From Octopus bimaculoides (taxonomy: Eukaryota), in the NCBI RefSeq assembly GCF_001194135.2, contig NC_068997.1, positions 21,620,488 to 21,665,755 of the forward strand: a stretch of 45,268 bases of DNA, in the 5' to 3' direction. Below are positions 35,137 to 45,268 of this stretch, piece after piece. The notes beneath the pieces are model-generated. The model saw only the letters and a list, made by a program, of their open reading frames with translations, searched no databases and was not told the origin of the DNA. Position numbers and translations under genes: made by a program. Within the stretch, counting starts at the first letter, position 1. Each line of letters opens with the position of its first letter.

Positions 35137-35334
35137 NNNNNNNNNNNNNNNNNNNNNNNNNNNNNNNNNNNNNNNNNNNNNNNNNNNNNNNNNNNNNNNN
35201 NNNNNNNNNNNNNNNNNNNNNNNNNNNNNNNNNNNNNNNNNNNNNNNNNNNNNNNNNNNNNNNNNNNNNNNNNNNNNNNNNNNNNNNNNNNNNNNNNNNN
35301 NNNNNNNNNNNNNNNNNNNNNNNNNNNNNNNNNN

Positions 35335-35403
<69 letters not shown>

Positions 35404-35570
35404 AATCCAATATCCATAATATTAGGGACAGTTCTGGTATGTTTTCCAAAACAAGTGTTCACGAAATATCCTAATTCTTTGCTTTTTAGGTACTTGAGGA
35501 CATACTTTTTGGGGGTCATCGCTGCATATTTTTTGCTAACTCTGTATAATCTTTGTTTCAGAAAATAATA

Positions 35571-36046
35571 ATGGCAGACCCTTAGTTCACTCAAGAAACG
35601 AAGAGACATGCTGTTATTTTGGTTATAAAGGCTGAGCATAGCGATTTAGAAATATCTCGAGTTTTAAATGTTTCCAGATCTTTCATCTACAAAGTTTGTA
35701 AGGAGCTAGAGATTGAAGATGGAAACGTATCATCAGTATCAAAGCATAAAAAGCATTCTAAACGCTCTGAAATCATCAGAACACCTGGATTTATCCAACA
35801 AGTTCAACAGACCATTGATTACAATCTCAGAAAGTCCATGGGTTCAATTGCAAAAGATCTCCACGTGTCAGAAGGAACAGTCAGAAATGTTGTCTCCGAA
35901 GACATCAAATATAAGTCTTATATGATGAGATGATGAGGAAAGGTCAATTTGTCAGAAAAAGCAAAAGAAAATTACTACATCAGATCTAAAAGGCTCTTAA
36001 ACTAAATGAAAAATCTAGCAGAAGAAGATTTGATTTGGTTTTTCTC
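35571..36046 (+). pseudogene. Tc1/mariner-superfamily transposase N-terminal fragment (DD37D/maT-like)
   Basis: Reads TKRHAVILVIKAEHSDLEISRVLNVSRSFIYKV...IIRTPGFIQQVQQTIDYNLRKSMGSIAKDLHVSEGTVRNVVSEDIKYKSYMMR/KGQ...SKRLLN*...LIWFFS. Two HTH segments; ends just before the first catalytic Asp. An 8-bp ATGATGAG duplication (35922-35937) shifts the frame. Confidence 0.8.
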
Positions 36047-36049
36047 CTA

Positions 36050-36192
36050 TTGTACTCTTTCGCCCCAACTTTCTCTCACTCTTTCTTCCCGTTTCTTGAG
36101 TAACGCTGCGATGGACTGGCGTCCCGTCCAGCTGGAGGGAACACATACGCCATAGAAACCGGGAAACCGGGCCCATGAGCCTGGCTAGGCTT
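36050..36192 (+). mobile_element. V-domain-like SINE 3' fragment (a third SINE family)
   Basis: CTGCGATGGACTGGCGTCCCGTCCAG...GAAACCGGG resembles the V-SINE central domain as I recall it; not verified by search. Confidence 0.55.
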
Positions 36193-36719
36193 TATAAATA
36201 ATAATTTGTTCAAATTTGTTCCATCTTCAGTGAATATAACATACATATTAGCTGTGACTCTTATAATTACAATTATAACACTTATAATTACAACACATAA
36301 GAATTCTTCTTAAAATCCATAGAAACTTACTAATATGAATTTCAATATCTAGAAAAGAAGTTTACGTTGTCTCTCGTATATCGTATTATTTAACTCTATA
36401 CTAATTTTGATTATATGTATGATTATTAACATTGCATTATGCCAGATGAATAAGAGACGAGTGCTGAATGATGCATGGAATAGAGTATTTAAACTGGATA
36501 CTTACCACATCACTGGATGTGAACATTAAATTGCTGGTATGAGATCACAGTTGCTTGAAACTCGGGTTTCAATGAGCTACATATGTCATATATTTTTGCT
36601 TACTTTCATCGTGGCATAGTTCTATATACTGTAGCTTGGCTTCTTTTTATGATTATTCTTATTGTTAATATTGCTTTCTGCATTCGCCAATTATTGCTGA
36701 AAAAATAATTGTTTTCTAA

Positions 36720-36775
<56 letters not shown>

Positions 36776-37131
36776 NNNNNNNNNNNNNNNNNNNNNNNNN
36801 NNNNNNNNNNNNNNNNNNNNNNNNNNNNNNNNNNNNNNNNNNNNNNNNNNNNNNNNNNNNNNNNNNNNNNNNNNNNNNNNNNNNNNNNNNNNNNNNNNNN
36901 NNNNNNNNNNNNNNNNNNNNNNNNNNNNNNNNNNNNNNNNNNNNNNNNNNNNNNNNNNNNNNNNNNNNNNNNNNNNNNNNNNNNNNNNNNNNNNNNNNNN
37001 NNNNNNNNNNNNNNNNNNNNNNNNNNNNNNNNNNNNNNNNNNNNNNNNNNNNNNNNNNNNNNNNNNNNNNNNNNNNNNNNNNNNNNNNNNNNNNNNNNNN
37101 NNNNNNNNNNNNNNNNNNNNNNNNNNNNNNN

Positions 37132-37185
<54 letters not shown>

Positions 37186-37375
37186 AGCACACATTTATTT
37201 ATTTATTGCTGTCATTTATGAATCCCAAATATCGTACTCCGTCATCTATTTACCCTTTTCCATCTTAATCTATCTCAGCATTTCCTTTGTGTTTTTTTTT
37301 AAAAATTTTCTCTTTTCTCTCTTCTTCATTCAACCGTCACTATACCTCCTTCCACAGAAAAAAGAAAATCTTTTC

Positions 37376-37408
<33 letters not shown>

Positions 37409-38444
37409 GTTCTAAGTTGCTTCGTCCTTCTTCCAATAACAATCTAACATAGTCACACACATGAAAAAACACATGCGTCAATGAAAGTATCCTGCCTATC
37501 TGTCTCGTTGTCTGTCTTACTGTCTGGCATATCACGGCTGTCTATATAAACAATGTTATGTACTCCCATTCACGTAATTATTTACAGGACAACCTTTTTT
37601 TAATGGAGTTGTTACCTTCTCCAGACGCCAGTATTTCCACAGTTTCACAATTTCTGTCAAGTATAAACCAGAAGAATGCACTTCAATGTAAGGTAGTGGT
37701 TGTTGTGGTGGTGGTGGTGGTGATGGAAGTGTGCGTGTGTGTGTAACTAGATGGACCGGGCTATGCTGCTGAATAGCAGATAGTGGAAGATAGGCATTTT
37801 TTGTGAGGGTATCACAAAACATTGTACAGAGAAATTTGTCTACTGAAAAAGAAAAGTCATTGACTCTGATACTCATTGATTACAAGTTGTGGTTCAGTAT
37901 TATCCCAACAACCACTCTGGCTGAGACGAAGATCGATAACAATAATCCGTTCTACTATAGGCACAAGGCCTGAAATTTTCGGTGTTTCGTTCACCATCCT
38001 CAAACAACCCTCATTCAGCGACCGTTTGATTGGGGTGGGCTGCTCAACCCGAAGAAGATTCTAACCGGACCCCACACTCATGGCCATTACTGTTTATTTG
38101 GATATGTAGTAGATATGCGTGTACGTTTGTTTGTATTTATTCTGCATGTTCATGTGTGTGTGTATTTTTATATGTGTGTGTATGTGTGTGTGTGTGTGCA
38201 CCTCTGTCTCCTTGTGTATGCATGTCTGAGTGTGTCTGTATGTATGGATGTGTGTCTCCATAAGTGTCCTTATGTGAAGTATGTGTGTAGATGGTCATGT
38301 GTTTCAGTCTTCACTTGCGTATGTATGTGTGTGTACTTGTCTGTTCATATTACCTATGTACCTATCCGTCTGTATGTCTATCTGTGTACATTCATATTAT
38401 CCAAGCACTGAAAGGACTCAACCCTCAAACAAATACATACAAAC

Positions 38445-38600
38445 GTACACGCATACATACATACATACATACATACATACATACATACATACATACGCAC
38501 GAACACACACATACATGCATACATACATGCATACATACATGCATACATACATGCATACATAAATGCATACATACATACATGCATACATACATATATGTGT
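38445..38600. repeat. (CATA)n grading into a 12-bp (CATACATACATG)n repeat
   Basis: Seen directly in the sequence. Confidence 0.9.
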
Positions 38601-39477
38601 ATGCGCACATACACTGACACACACGCATGCGCACTGACAAACGAAAATACGCAGCTCAGATAACGGACAGAGTCAACGACTATCGAAAAGTTTGAAAGAG
38701 GCGTCTAAAATTTTAGGAAAAATAAATAAGTAAATGAGTGGAAACTTTACCGGTTAGTGTGTTAAATAATAAGGCACGTGCATATATGTATATGTATATA
38801 CACATACATATGTCTATACATATACACACATATATACATCTACGCATATGTACATGGATATATGCATATATGTATATCAATATGTATAAATATATATGCA
38901 TGTGTCTGTGCGTGAGTAAATAAGCATATTAACATGCATGTGCATGCATGCATGAATGTATTTATACATACACACATACTTAAAAACACACACACGCACA
39001 AACACTCACACATACTTATCGCTTTATATATGTATTTTTGTGTGTGTGAGTGTGTTTTTTGGTGAGCGTGTTTTTTTTTTGTGTGTGTGTGTGTGTGTGT
39101 GCACTAATAAGTATGCGACAGAGTGTTTGCTAAGCCTTGATCTTACAATTTAATTGGCTGAGGTGTGCTTCTGCGACTTTACAACCTGCATCATAAAGTA
39201 AGACGTTTTCTTAGAGGCAAAACTACCAAACACCGCTCCAACATCAAACACAATACCAACGAAATACAAATAAAAGTTAAAGCCGTTGTTTCGTCTTATT
39301 GAAGTGGTCAGATTTTACAACTACATCAAAGAGCTTCAAGACTGACTTTCCTCGCCATTTTATTATTTATCTAACATTGGTGAAATGTGTTATTAAACTT
39401 AAAAAGTTTCGATGTGTTAGATTAAGAACAATTAAATTTTTATTTTCATTTCATTCAAATGGTCTATTGTGTGTGTG

Positions 39478-39521
<44 letters not shown>

Positions 39522-39559
39522 CATATACTGGAGCTCCGTCGCTTATGACGACGACGAGG

Positions 39560-39700
39560 GTTCCAGTTGATCCGTTATCTTTCTTCGTTTTTGGAGTCGA
39601 TAAAATATGTACTAGTTGAGCAGTGTAGTTGATGTAATTGACATTGTCCACACCGGCCCCATCAAAATTGCTGGCCTTGTGTCAAAGTTAGAAAGAATTA
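39560..39700 (+). mobile_element. SINE family A, degenerate 3' part
   Basis: GAGTCGATAAAATATGTACTAGTTGAGCAG...AAAATTGCTGGCCTTGTGTCAAAGTTAGAAAGAATTA. Confidence 0.65.
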
Positions 39701-39748
39701 TCATCATTATTATTACTATTATTATTATTATTTTTATTATTATTATTG

Positions 39749-40118
39749 TTCAGTAGTTTTATTTTTATAACCCGCTTTCACTTCACTGCCGAGCGCAGCT
39801 CTGTGCGCCTTGGGTATGTGCTGTGGTTTGCTGTGGTGCTCTTATGTTTACTGTATTGAAAGTGTTTTGCGTAGAATGTGTGCAGTACCCAGTAGTGCAA
39901 TTTTCTGTATGTTATATATATTTGTAAGTCCTGGTGTTTTTGTTATGTATTTGTCTGAATATTTTTTTTATTATACCTAAGGTACCTACTATGATAGGAA
40001 TTGTTTCTGTTTTTAGACTCCACATTCGAGTTATCTCTATTTCCAGGTCTTTCTATTTTGAAAGTTTTTCCATTTCTTTTCGTGAAACGTTGTCATCTGC
40101 TGGTATTGATGCATCAAT
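39749..40118 (-). mobile_element. 3' end of an R4/Dong-like (REL-endonuclease) non-LTR retrotransposon
   Basis: Minus frame reads IDASIPADDNVSRKEMEKLSK*KDLEIEITRMWSLKTETIPIIVGTLGIIKKYSDKYITKTPGLTNIYNIQKIALLGTAHILRKTLSIQ* (stop at 39848-39850), then a short 3' UTR ending in (AAT)n. The 5' side runs into an N gap. Confidence 0.85.
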
Positions 40119-40833
40119 NNNNNNNNNNNNNNNNNNNNNNNNNNNNNNNNNNNNNNNNNNNNNNNNNNNNNNNNNNNNNNNNNNNNNNNNNNNNNNNNNN
40201 NNNNNNNNNNNNNNNNNNNNNNNNNNNNNNNNNNNNNNNNNNNNNNNNNNNNNNNNNNNNNNNNNNNNNNNNNNNNNNNNNNNNNNNNNNNNNNNNNNNN
40301 NNNNNNNNNNNNNNNNNNNNNNNNNNNNNNNNNNNNNNNNNNNNNNNNNNNNNNNNNNNNNNNNNNNNNNNNNNNNNNNNNNNNNNNNNNNNNNNNNNNN
40401 NNNNNNNNNNNNNNNNNNNNNNNNNNNNNNNNNNNNNNNNNNNNNNNNNNNNNNNNNNNNNNNNNNNNNNNNNNNNNNNNNNNNNNNNNNNNNNNNNNNN
40501 NNNNNNNNNNNNNNNNNNNNNNNNNNNNNNNNNNNNNNNNNNNNNNNNNNNNNNNNNNNNNNNNNNNNNNNNNNNNNNNNNNNNNNNNNNNNNNNNNNNN
40601 NNNNNNNNNNNNNNNNNNNNNNNNNNNNNNNNNNNNNNNNNNNNNNNNNNNNNNNNNNNNNNNNNNNNNNNNNNNNNNNNNNNNNNNNNNNNNNNNNNNN
40701 NNNNNNNNNNNNNNNNNNNNNNNNNNNNNNNNNNNNNNNNNNNNNNNNNNNNNNNNNNNNNNNNNNNNNNNNNNNNNNNNNNNNNNNNNNNNNNNNNNNN
40801 NNNNNNNNNTATTATTGTTATTATTATTATTAA

Positions 40834-40925
<92 letters not shown>

Positions 40926-40927
40926 TA

Positions 40928-41034
40928 AGGCGGCGTTTAATGTGGGGAGGTGGCAGAATCGTTTGTACGTTGAACGAAATGCTTGGCAGTATTTCGTCTG
41001 TCTTTACGTTCTCAGTTCAAATTCAACCGAGGTC
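40928..41034 (+). mobile_element. SINE family A, 5' part only
   Basis: GAGGTGGCAGAATCGTT...GAAATGCTTGGCAGTATTTCGTCTGTCTTTACGTTCTCAGTTCAAATTCAACCGAGGTC. Confidence 0.8.
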
Positions 41035-42634
41035 CGTGTATAACAACTGACCGTTTCACTCTACATCCTAAGCTTCATTTCCTTTGTCTTGGCGATATTA
41101 ACTGGGCACAGCTCCGATACAGTTTAATGGCTTTGGATGGTCATGAAAAGTTGAAAATTTATTTGACCCAAACTTGGCACATCTGTTTTAACCAGCTGGC
41201 CATACTGCGTTACAAAATTTCTGACCAGACACGTATGCACATCCCTTCCAATGCAATTAGAAGTAAAACACTAAATGTAAATGTGTATGAGTGCGTGTGT
41301 TTAGCCCAATCAAGTGTCCTATTGCTCTGGAGGAAATTCTGCAGCGTGAGCAAATATATCTGACAAGTCACCACTGGGTGGAAAGTACACACACCCTGTG
41401 TGTGACGTTAAATACATTTTCATTAATTACTGATATAGTTTTAATTGGTTTACAAGTATGTGATTTTCAGTCCAGTCCATTTTAATTTTGGAACCCAGCA
41501 CTTAACTATACATTCTCCTGCATGAAGGTATCCCCTTCGTTTAAAATAGGCATCAGCAGGCACCTGTGTTTTCCCCAAGTATAAGCGACTATTTGCTTCT
41601 ATGTGAGAAGCGCTTCGGACCGTCCACAGGTTCTATTTTTTTATCCTGCTGAGATTCCTAACCCTAACCAGTAAAATGAGATGGGAAGCTGGGTTTATCG
41701 TCGACCATCAGAATGTGAGATGAATTGTATTGGGATTTTATGGTTCTAGTATCAGAAATAATTAAAGCAATTTATAACATTCATGTATTTCCCCCAAAAG
41801 ATTTGAATTAAGTATGACGGGAATCGAACCTTGATTCTACATGCATGCTCTAATTTTATCACTATGGAATTTGGAGCGTTTACATGTATAATTTACTAAG
41901 TTAACTATTTTTGGAAATACTCGGTTTCCCCCACCATTCCGTGGTTGAAGAATTTAAACAAGAATTAGTCAATATCGACGAAAAATGTACACATGAATAA
42001 CAAGGCAATAACTGTAATAATAATGATACTTTAACACTAAAATTTAATTATATGCTATAAAAGTTGGCATATGAATATCGTAATTTATATAATATACAAC
42101 ACCTTATAGTAAACTCAATATTGGCAATTAAATATCTGAATATTTGATTCAAGATTACTTTGAATATATGTATGTAGCCAAGTCATCTAGCAGCTGGGAT
42201 TTGATTTGATTACCTGTCTGAGAGTAGTTATATCGTATAAGCGAATTTAGAGAAAAAAAAAAACCGGAGGGGGTGAGACGAAATTCCTCGAAATGGTAAC
42301 GTCATTTGAATATTTATTTATACATTGTTGAACATTCATATATGAAGAACTAAATTCCTGATGAACTGAGCCCGCATTTCGGGTTCGATTTCCTGTTGTA
42401 TGAATTCAGTTCTGAATTATCTTTTACTGGTTATGATAAGGCGCTATAGAAAAAGCATGGCGCTCTCATTTACATGTCCTGTCGTCTTTGATTAGTTTCT
42501 CATGTTCTGCTTTTGTTTGCATAATATTGTTTTGCTTCAGTCAGTCCTGATCAAACAAAGCTATAATGAAAATGATTTTGTCCTGGCCACTCTAGCCATT
42601 TTGTTTTTCTCCAGGACCTTTTTCCTCAGAAACG

Positions 42635-42780
42635 ATGGATTATAATTTAGGCAAAAGACCAGCAGTTTTGAAGCGAAGGGAAAAGTCGATACCACCGACC
42701 TCACTAGTTGATCCAGAAATGATAAAAAGCAAAGTTGATTTTGTCGCAATTTGAACACAGAACTTTAAAAGCCGGAAAAC
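42635..42780 (-). mobile_element. SINE family A, old degenerate copy
   Basis: GGCAAAAGACCAGCAGTTTTG...AAGTCGATACCACCGACC matches the reverse-complement tail. GATCCAGAAATGATAAAAAGCAAAGTTGATTTTGTCGCAATTTGAACACAGAAC matches the reverse-complement core (compare 6781-6840). Confidence 0.65.
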
Positions 42781-43189
42781 AACAAAGTATTTTCATCGAA
42801 GTCGTAGCAATTGGGCCAGCTTGGGTGCCCAACTTTTTTCCTCCAGATATTAATATTCCACTCCCATTTTTTGTTTAACTGGTAGAGGGTAATATTTCCG
42901 GTAGATAAAACACACCCACATAGTGCCAACGATTGTGTATCTACTCCATTTTTAGGAATTCGACTTTGACTAAAAAGTGAGTTACTGGTGGGTAGTATCT
43001 TCCACTACACTCTCACGTTCCTCTACAAATGGAACTTGAAGATGTTGATGAGGGATCGATATACTATTTATAAGGGGTAAATGTCCGCCATTAGAACTTT
43101 CTGTCGTGTTCAGCATAGAACAATTTGCATTATGGCCTCTAGACGGGGAGCGAATCCTCATGGCATCGACTAACCCCACCTCCTTTAAA

Positions 43190-43815
43190 ACTTTCTTGCC
43201 ATTGTACCTAAATAAGAAACTATTATTTCTTTTGATTTTGCCATTAGTTCTTTTGTAACATTTCTCTGCTGTTCTTGCCCTTATCTATCTCCTTTGGTAT
43301 AATTATCTTGAAGTTTGTAATATTGTTTCGTTTACATATATTGTACCCTTATTACACTAATCAGTTATTATTTGCTTGCCTCCGAGTATTTATCTAGACC
43401 TATTATTGCCACTTAGTAACTGCTCTCTACTTATATCAAGCCACTCCTCTATCATCTGTGTATGGGGTATGTATACTCGTTCTAGGTCTGCTTTAGAAAT
43501 GATGCGACCGCAACGCAGTAAGTGGGTTTTGTTTTGTTTTTAAAATTACCTATCTAAACCCTTCAATTTGCTTAACTTCCAATTTATTATGATGAAGCTG
43601 TAGTTTACGTCTGGGAAAACCTAATGTATTTATAAACATTATCTTATTTCTAACATTGAGTTATGTTTTTAATATCAGCCTGGTTCTTCTGTAGTTCTCT
43701 TTTCTAATTTTCTCCTCCATTTCGGTGTATTGTATCTTATCAGTTTTACCCACTTCTTCCAAGTACTTCTATGGGTGGTTCTGTTCCAATTCTCTAATTT
43801 CCCGTTGTTTCTGAA
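43190..43815 (-). pseudogene. Degenerate reverse-transcriptase C-terminal/thumb region of an R4/Dong-like LINE
   Basis: Minus-strand pieces KYLEEVGKTDKIQYTEMEEKIRKENYRRTRLILKT*LNVRNKIMFINTL, NYSFIIINWKLSKLKGLDR and KADLERVYIP correspond to the YKYLG...EYYRRVRLIL...INW...D.DRLY.PR segment of REL-type LINEs. Many frameshifts. Confidence 0.75.
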
Positions 43816-44099
43816 TCCAGTTTAGGTAGGCGTGACTGAATCGGTGTGAAGTCAACATTAATATCTTACAACATATATTTAATTCATCTCATATTTCGTC
43901 TTTAAATTCCCGCCAACTTTCATTTTTCTGGGAGTGCAAGAGTCGTGACAAAAATGGTAAAAATTCGGAATGAATATTTTTTGGCATATATTTATTTAAT
44001 GAAGGCACTCTAACGATTTTCATTAAGGTTAGCATTTAATCCCATAAGCAAACGCTTGCTCATCAAAACTTCAAATAAACAAGGCTGGTCAGTACTCAC

Positions 44100-44214
44100 C
44101 TACAACTAAGGATCTTGTACATAGTCACATGTTCTGTTGGGAAATGCAGCCAGATCTTTCTCAAATCATCTTTGAAATGGGTGACATAGAATAACATAAT
44201 CCTTGTAAAACTGT
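44100..44214 (-). CDS. Putative internal coding exon (115 bp) of an unidentified host gene
   Basis: Acceptor CTATGTCATTTTTACTTCAG| and donor |GTGAGT. Only one frame is open: xSFTRIMLFYVTHFKDDLRKIWLHFPTEHVTMYKILSCx (phase 1 in, phase 2 out). No similarity to the repeats seen elsewhere in the window. Confidence 0.45.
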
Positions 44215-44430
44215 CTGAAGTAAAAATGACATAGTCATGATTCTAATGCGTTTGATCATAATTCTGCTCATTTAATGCGCAGCAAGGACTAAACAACAAA
44301 AACAACAGCAGCAGCAGTGATAGCTCACTTTTCTCTGTATTTGCACACCAAACATCAGCTCTCTGAAATCTACAGGTGTCCTGCTTTAAGCCGAACATTA
44401 TCGACATCAACTCATGTCCTCAGAATACCA

Positions 44431-44610
44431 CCACCGCTTGACAGCTGGTGTTGGTATGTTTAGGCCCCCGTAACATATCGGTTCAGCAAAATTATTCGAT
44501 AGAATAACTACCATGCCTATAAAAAAAAAGAAGTACTGGGGTCGATTCATTCGACTAAAAAAAAATCCTCAAGGTGGTGCCCCAGCATGGCCGTAATCTA
44601 ATGACTGAAA
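44431..44610 (+). mobile_element. SINE family B, 3' half
   Basis: CCACCGCTTGACAGCTGGTGTTGG...AAGTACTGGGGTCGATTCATTCGACTAAAA...CAAGGTGGTGCCCCAGCATGGCCGTAATCTAATGACTGAAA. Confidence 0.8.
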
Positions 44611-44650
44611 TAAAAAAAAAAAAAAGATGCATGTACATTCGCGCGCGCAT

Positions 44651-44681
<31 letters not shown>

Positions 44682-45225
44682 CGACGGTAAAGGTATCACT
44701 GAAGGTCATTGACGGCGACAGTGGTAATATAATGGTAATGTTACTGATGTTGTTGTTGCTGCTGGTGCTGCTGCTGGTGGTGCTGCTGCTGCATCTGCTG
44801 GCGGAGGTGGTGGAGACGATGGCAAAATGAATACATTCATTTATCTGTCTATACATATTTTCGAAATTGTGCCGTTGTATCCGGATGAAAATAGTTGGGA
44901 CTATATTCGATAGCAAATGGTCTAGGGCGGGGGGCGGGGGGGGGGAGACGTTACTGATGGTCATATTTATTTCCTAACCTAATTTAGCCTACGACCTAAT
45001 TTAATTACAGTTCATTCGATTATATCGAAGCGTGGTAAATGCTTATTATCAATGCACGATGTTAGTCTGCTGTACCACGGATGGCATTTGTTAGGCTGGT
45101 TGACTAAGTCGCGTACTCGTGTTTGTGTCTATGTATGTAGATGTGCGTGTGCGTGTTATATATATATATGAGTTTGTTTGTCTTCGTAACACATACACAC
45201 GCACATACATACTCATACACACATA

Positions 45226-45268
<43 letters not shown>

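Noticed and set aside
39705-39850. The Dong-like LINE as partner (tail donor) of SINE A
   Set aside because: No visible 3'-end similarity, and the tails have opposite polarity: the LINE ends in (AAT)n, the SINE in (ATT)n.
41657-41669. Interstitial telomeric repeat CCTAACCCTAACC
   Set aside because: Only two units, consistent with chance.
42358-42390. Hammerhead-like CTGATGA followed by a 7-bp hairpin GAGCCCG/CGGGTTC
   Set aside because: The required GAAA is replaced by GATT and three extra bases separate the core from the stem. GGTTCGATT is as well explained as a decayed B box.
42615-42754. Apparent terminal exon of a neuropeptide precursor: strong acceptor TTTTGTTTTTCTCCAG| then PFSSETMDYNL-GKR-PAVL-KRR-...VAI*
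   Set aside because: The GKR/KRR-coding stretch and the rest of the frame are the reverse complement of a degenerate SINE A tail and core (compare 6701-6840), so the amidation and dibasic signals are most likely coincidental.
39749-43815. The two R4/Dong-like fragments being one interrupted element
   Set aside because: They are colinear and on the same strand but about 3 kb apart, where a few hundred bases would be expected. The RT piece is far more decayed than the REL piece, so independent insertions are more likely.

Overview
This window is AT-rich animal non-coding DNA, dense in microsatellites, with 13 N gaps, most of them abutting simple repeats. The SINE families look like those of coleoid cephalopods (probably Octopus); this is inferred from recall, not from a database search. 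I find no intact protein-coding gene and only one credible spliced exon (44100-44214, minus strand, protein unidentified). Most ORF-track entries are artefacts of microsatellites or gaps. The window is a transposon graveyard. It holds about 25 copies or fragments of two tRNA-derived SINE families (here called A and B), and a full-length Hsmar1-like mariner inserted into a SINE B copy. It also holds two mariner MITEs, a DD37D/maT-like transposase fragment, a Helitron PIF1-helicase fragment, two R4/Dong-like non-LTR fragments and a probable solo LTR. The most unusual object, at 11271-11655, is a tRNA-like Pol III head plus an (AAT)n spacer enclosed by 101-bp inverted repeats, each carrying a minimal Penelope-type hammerhead ribozyme motif. 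A second, unrelated hammerhead-like motif lies at 84-119. Other notable items are a 21-bp minisatellite rich in STAT-like and kappaB-like motifs (20001-20604) and a pre-miRNA-like hairpin (22089-22182). SINE and fragment boundaries are approximate.
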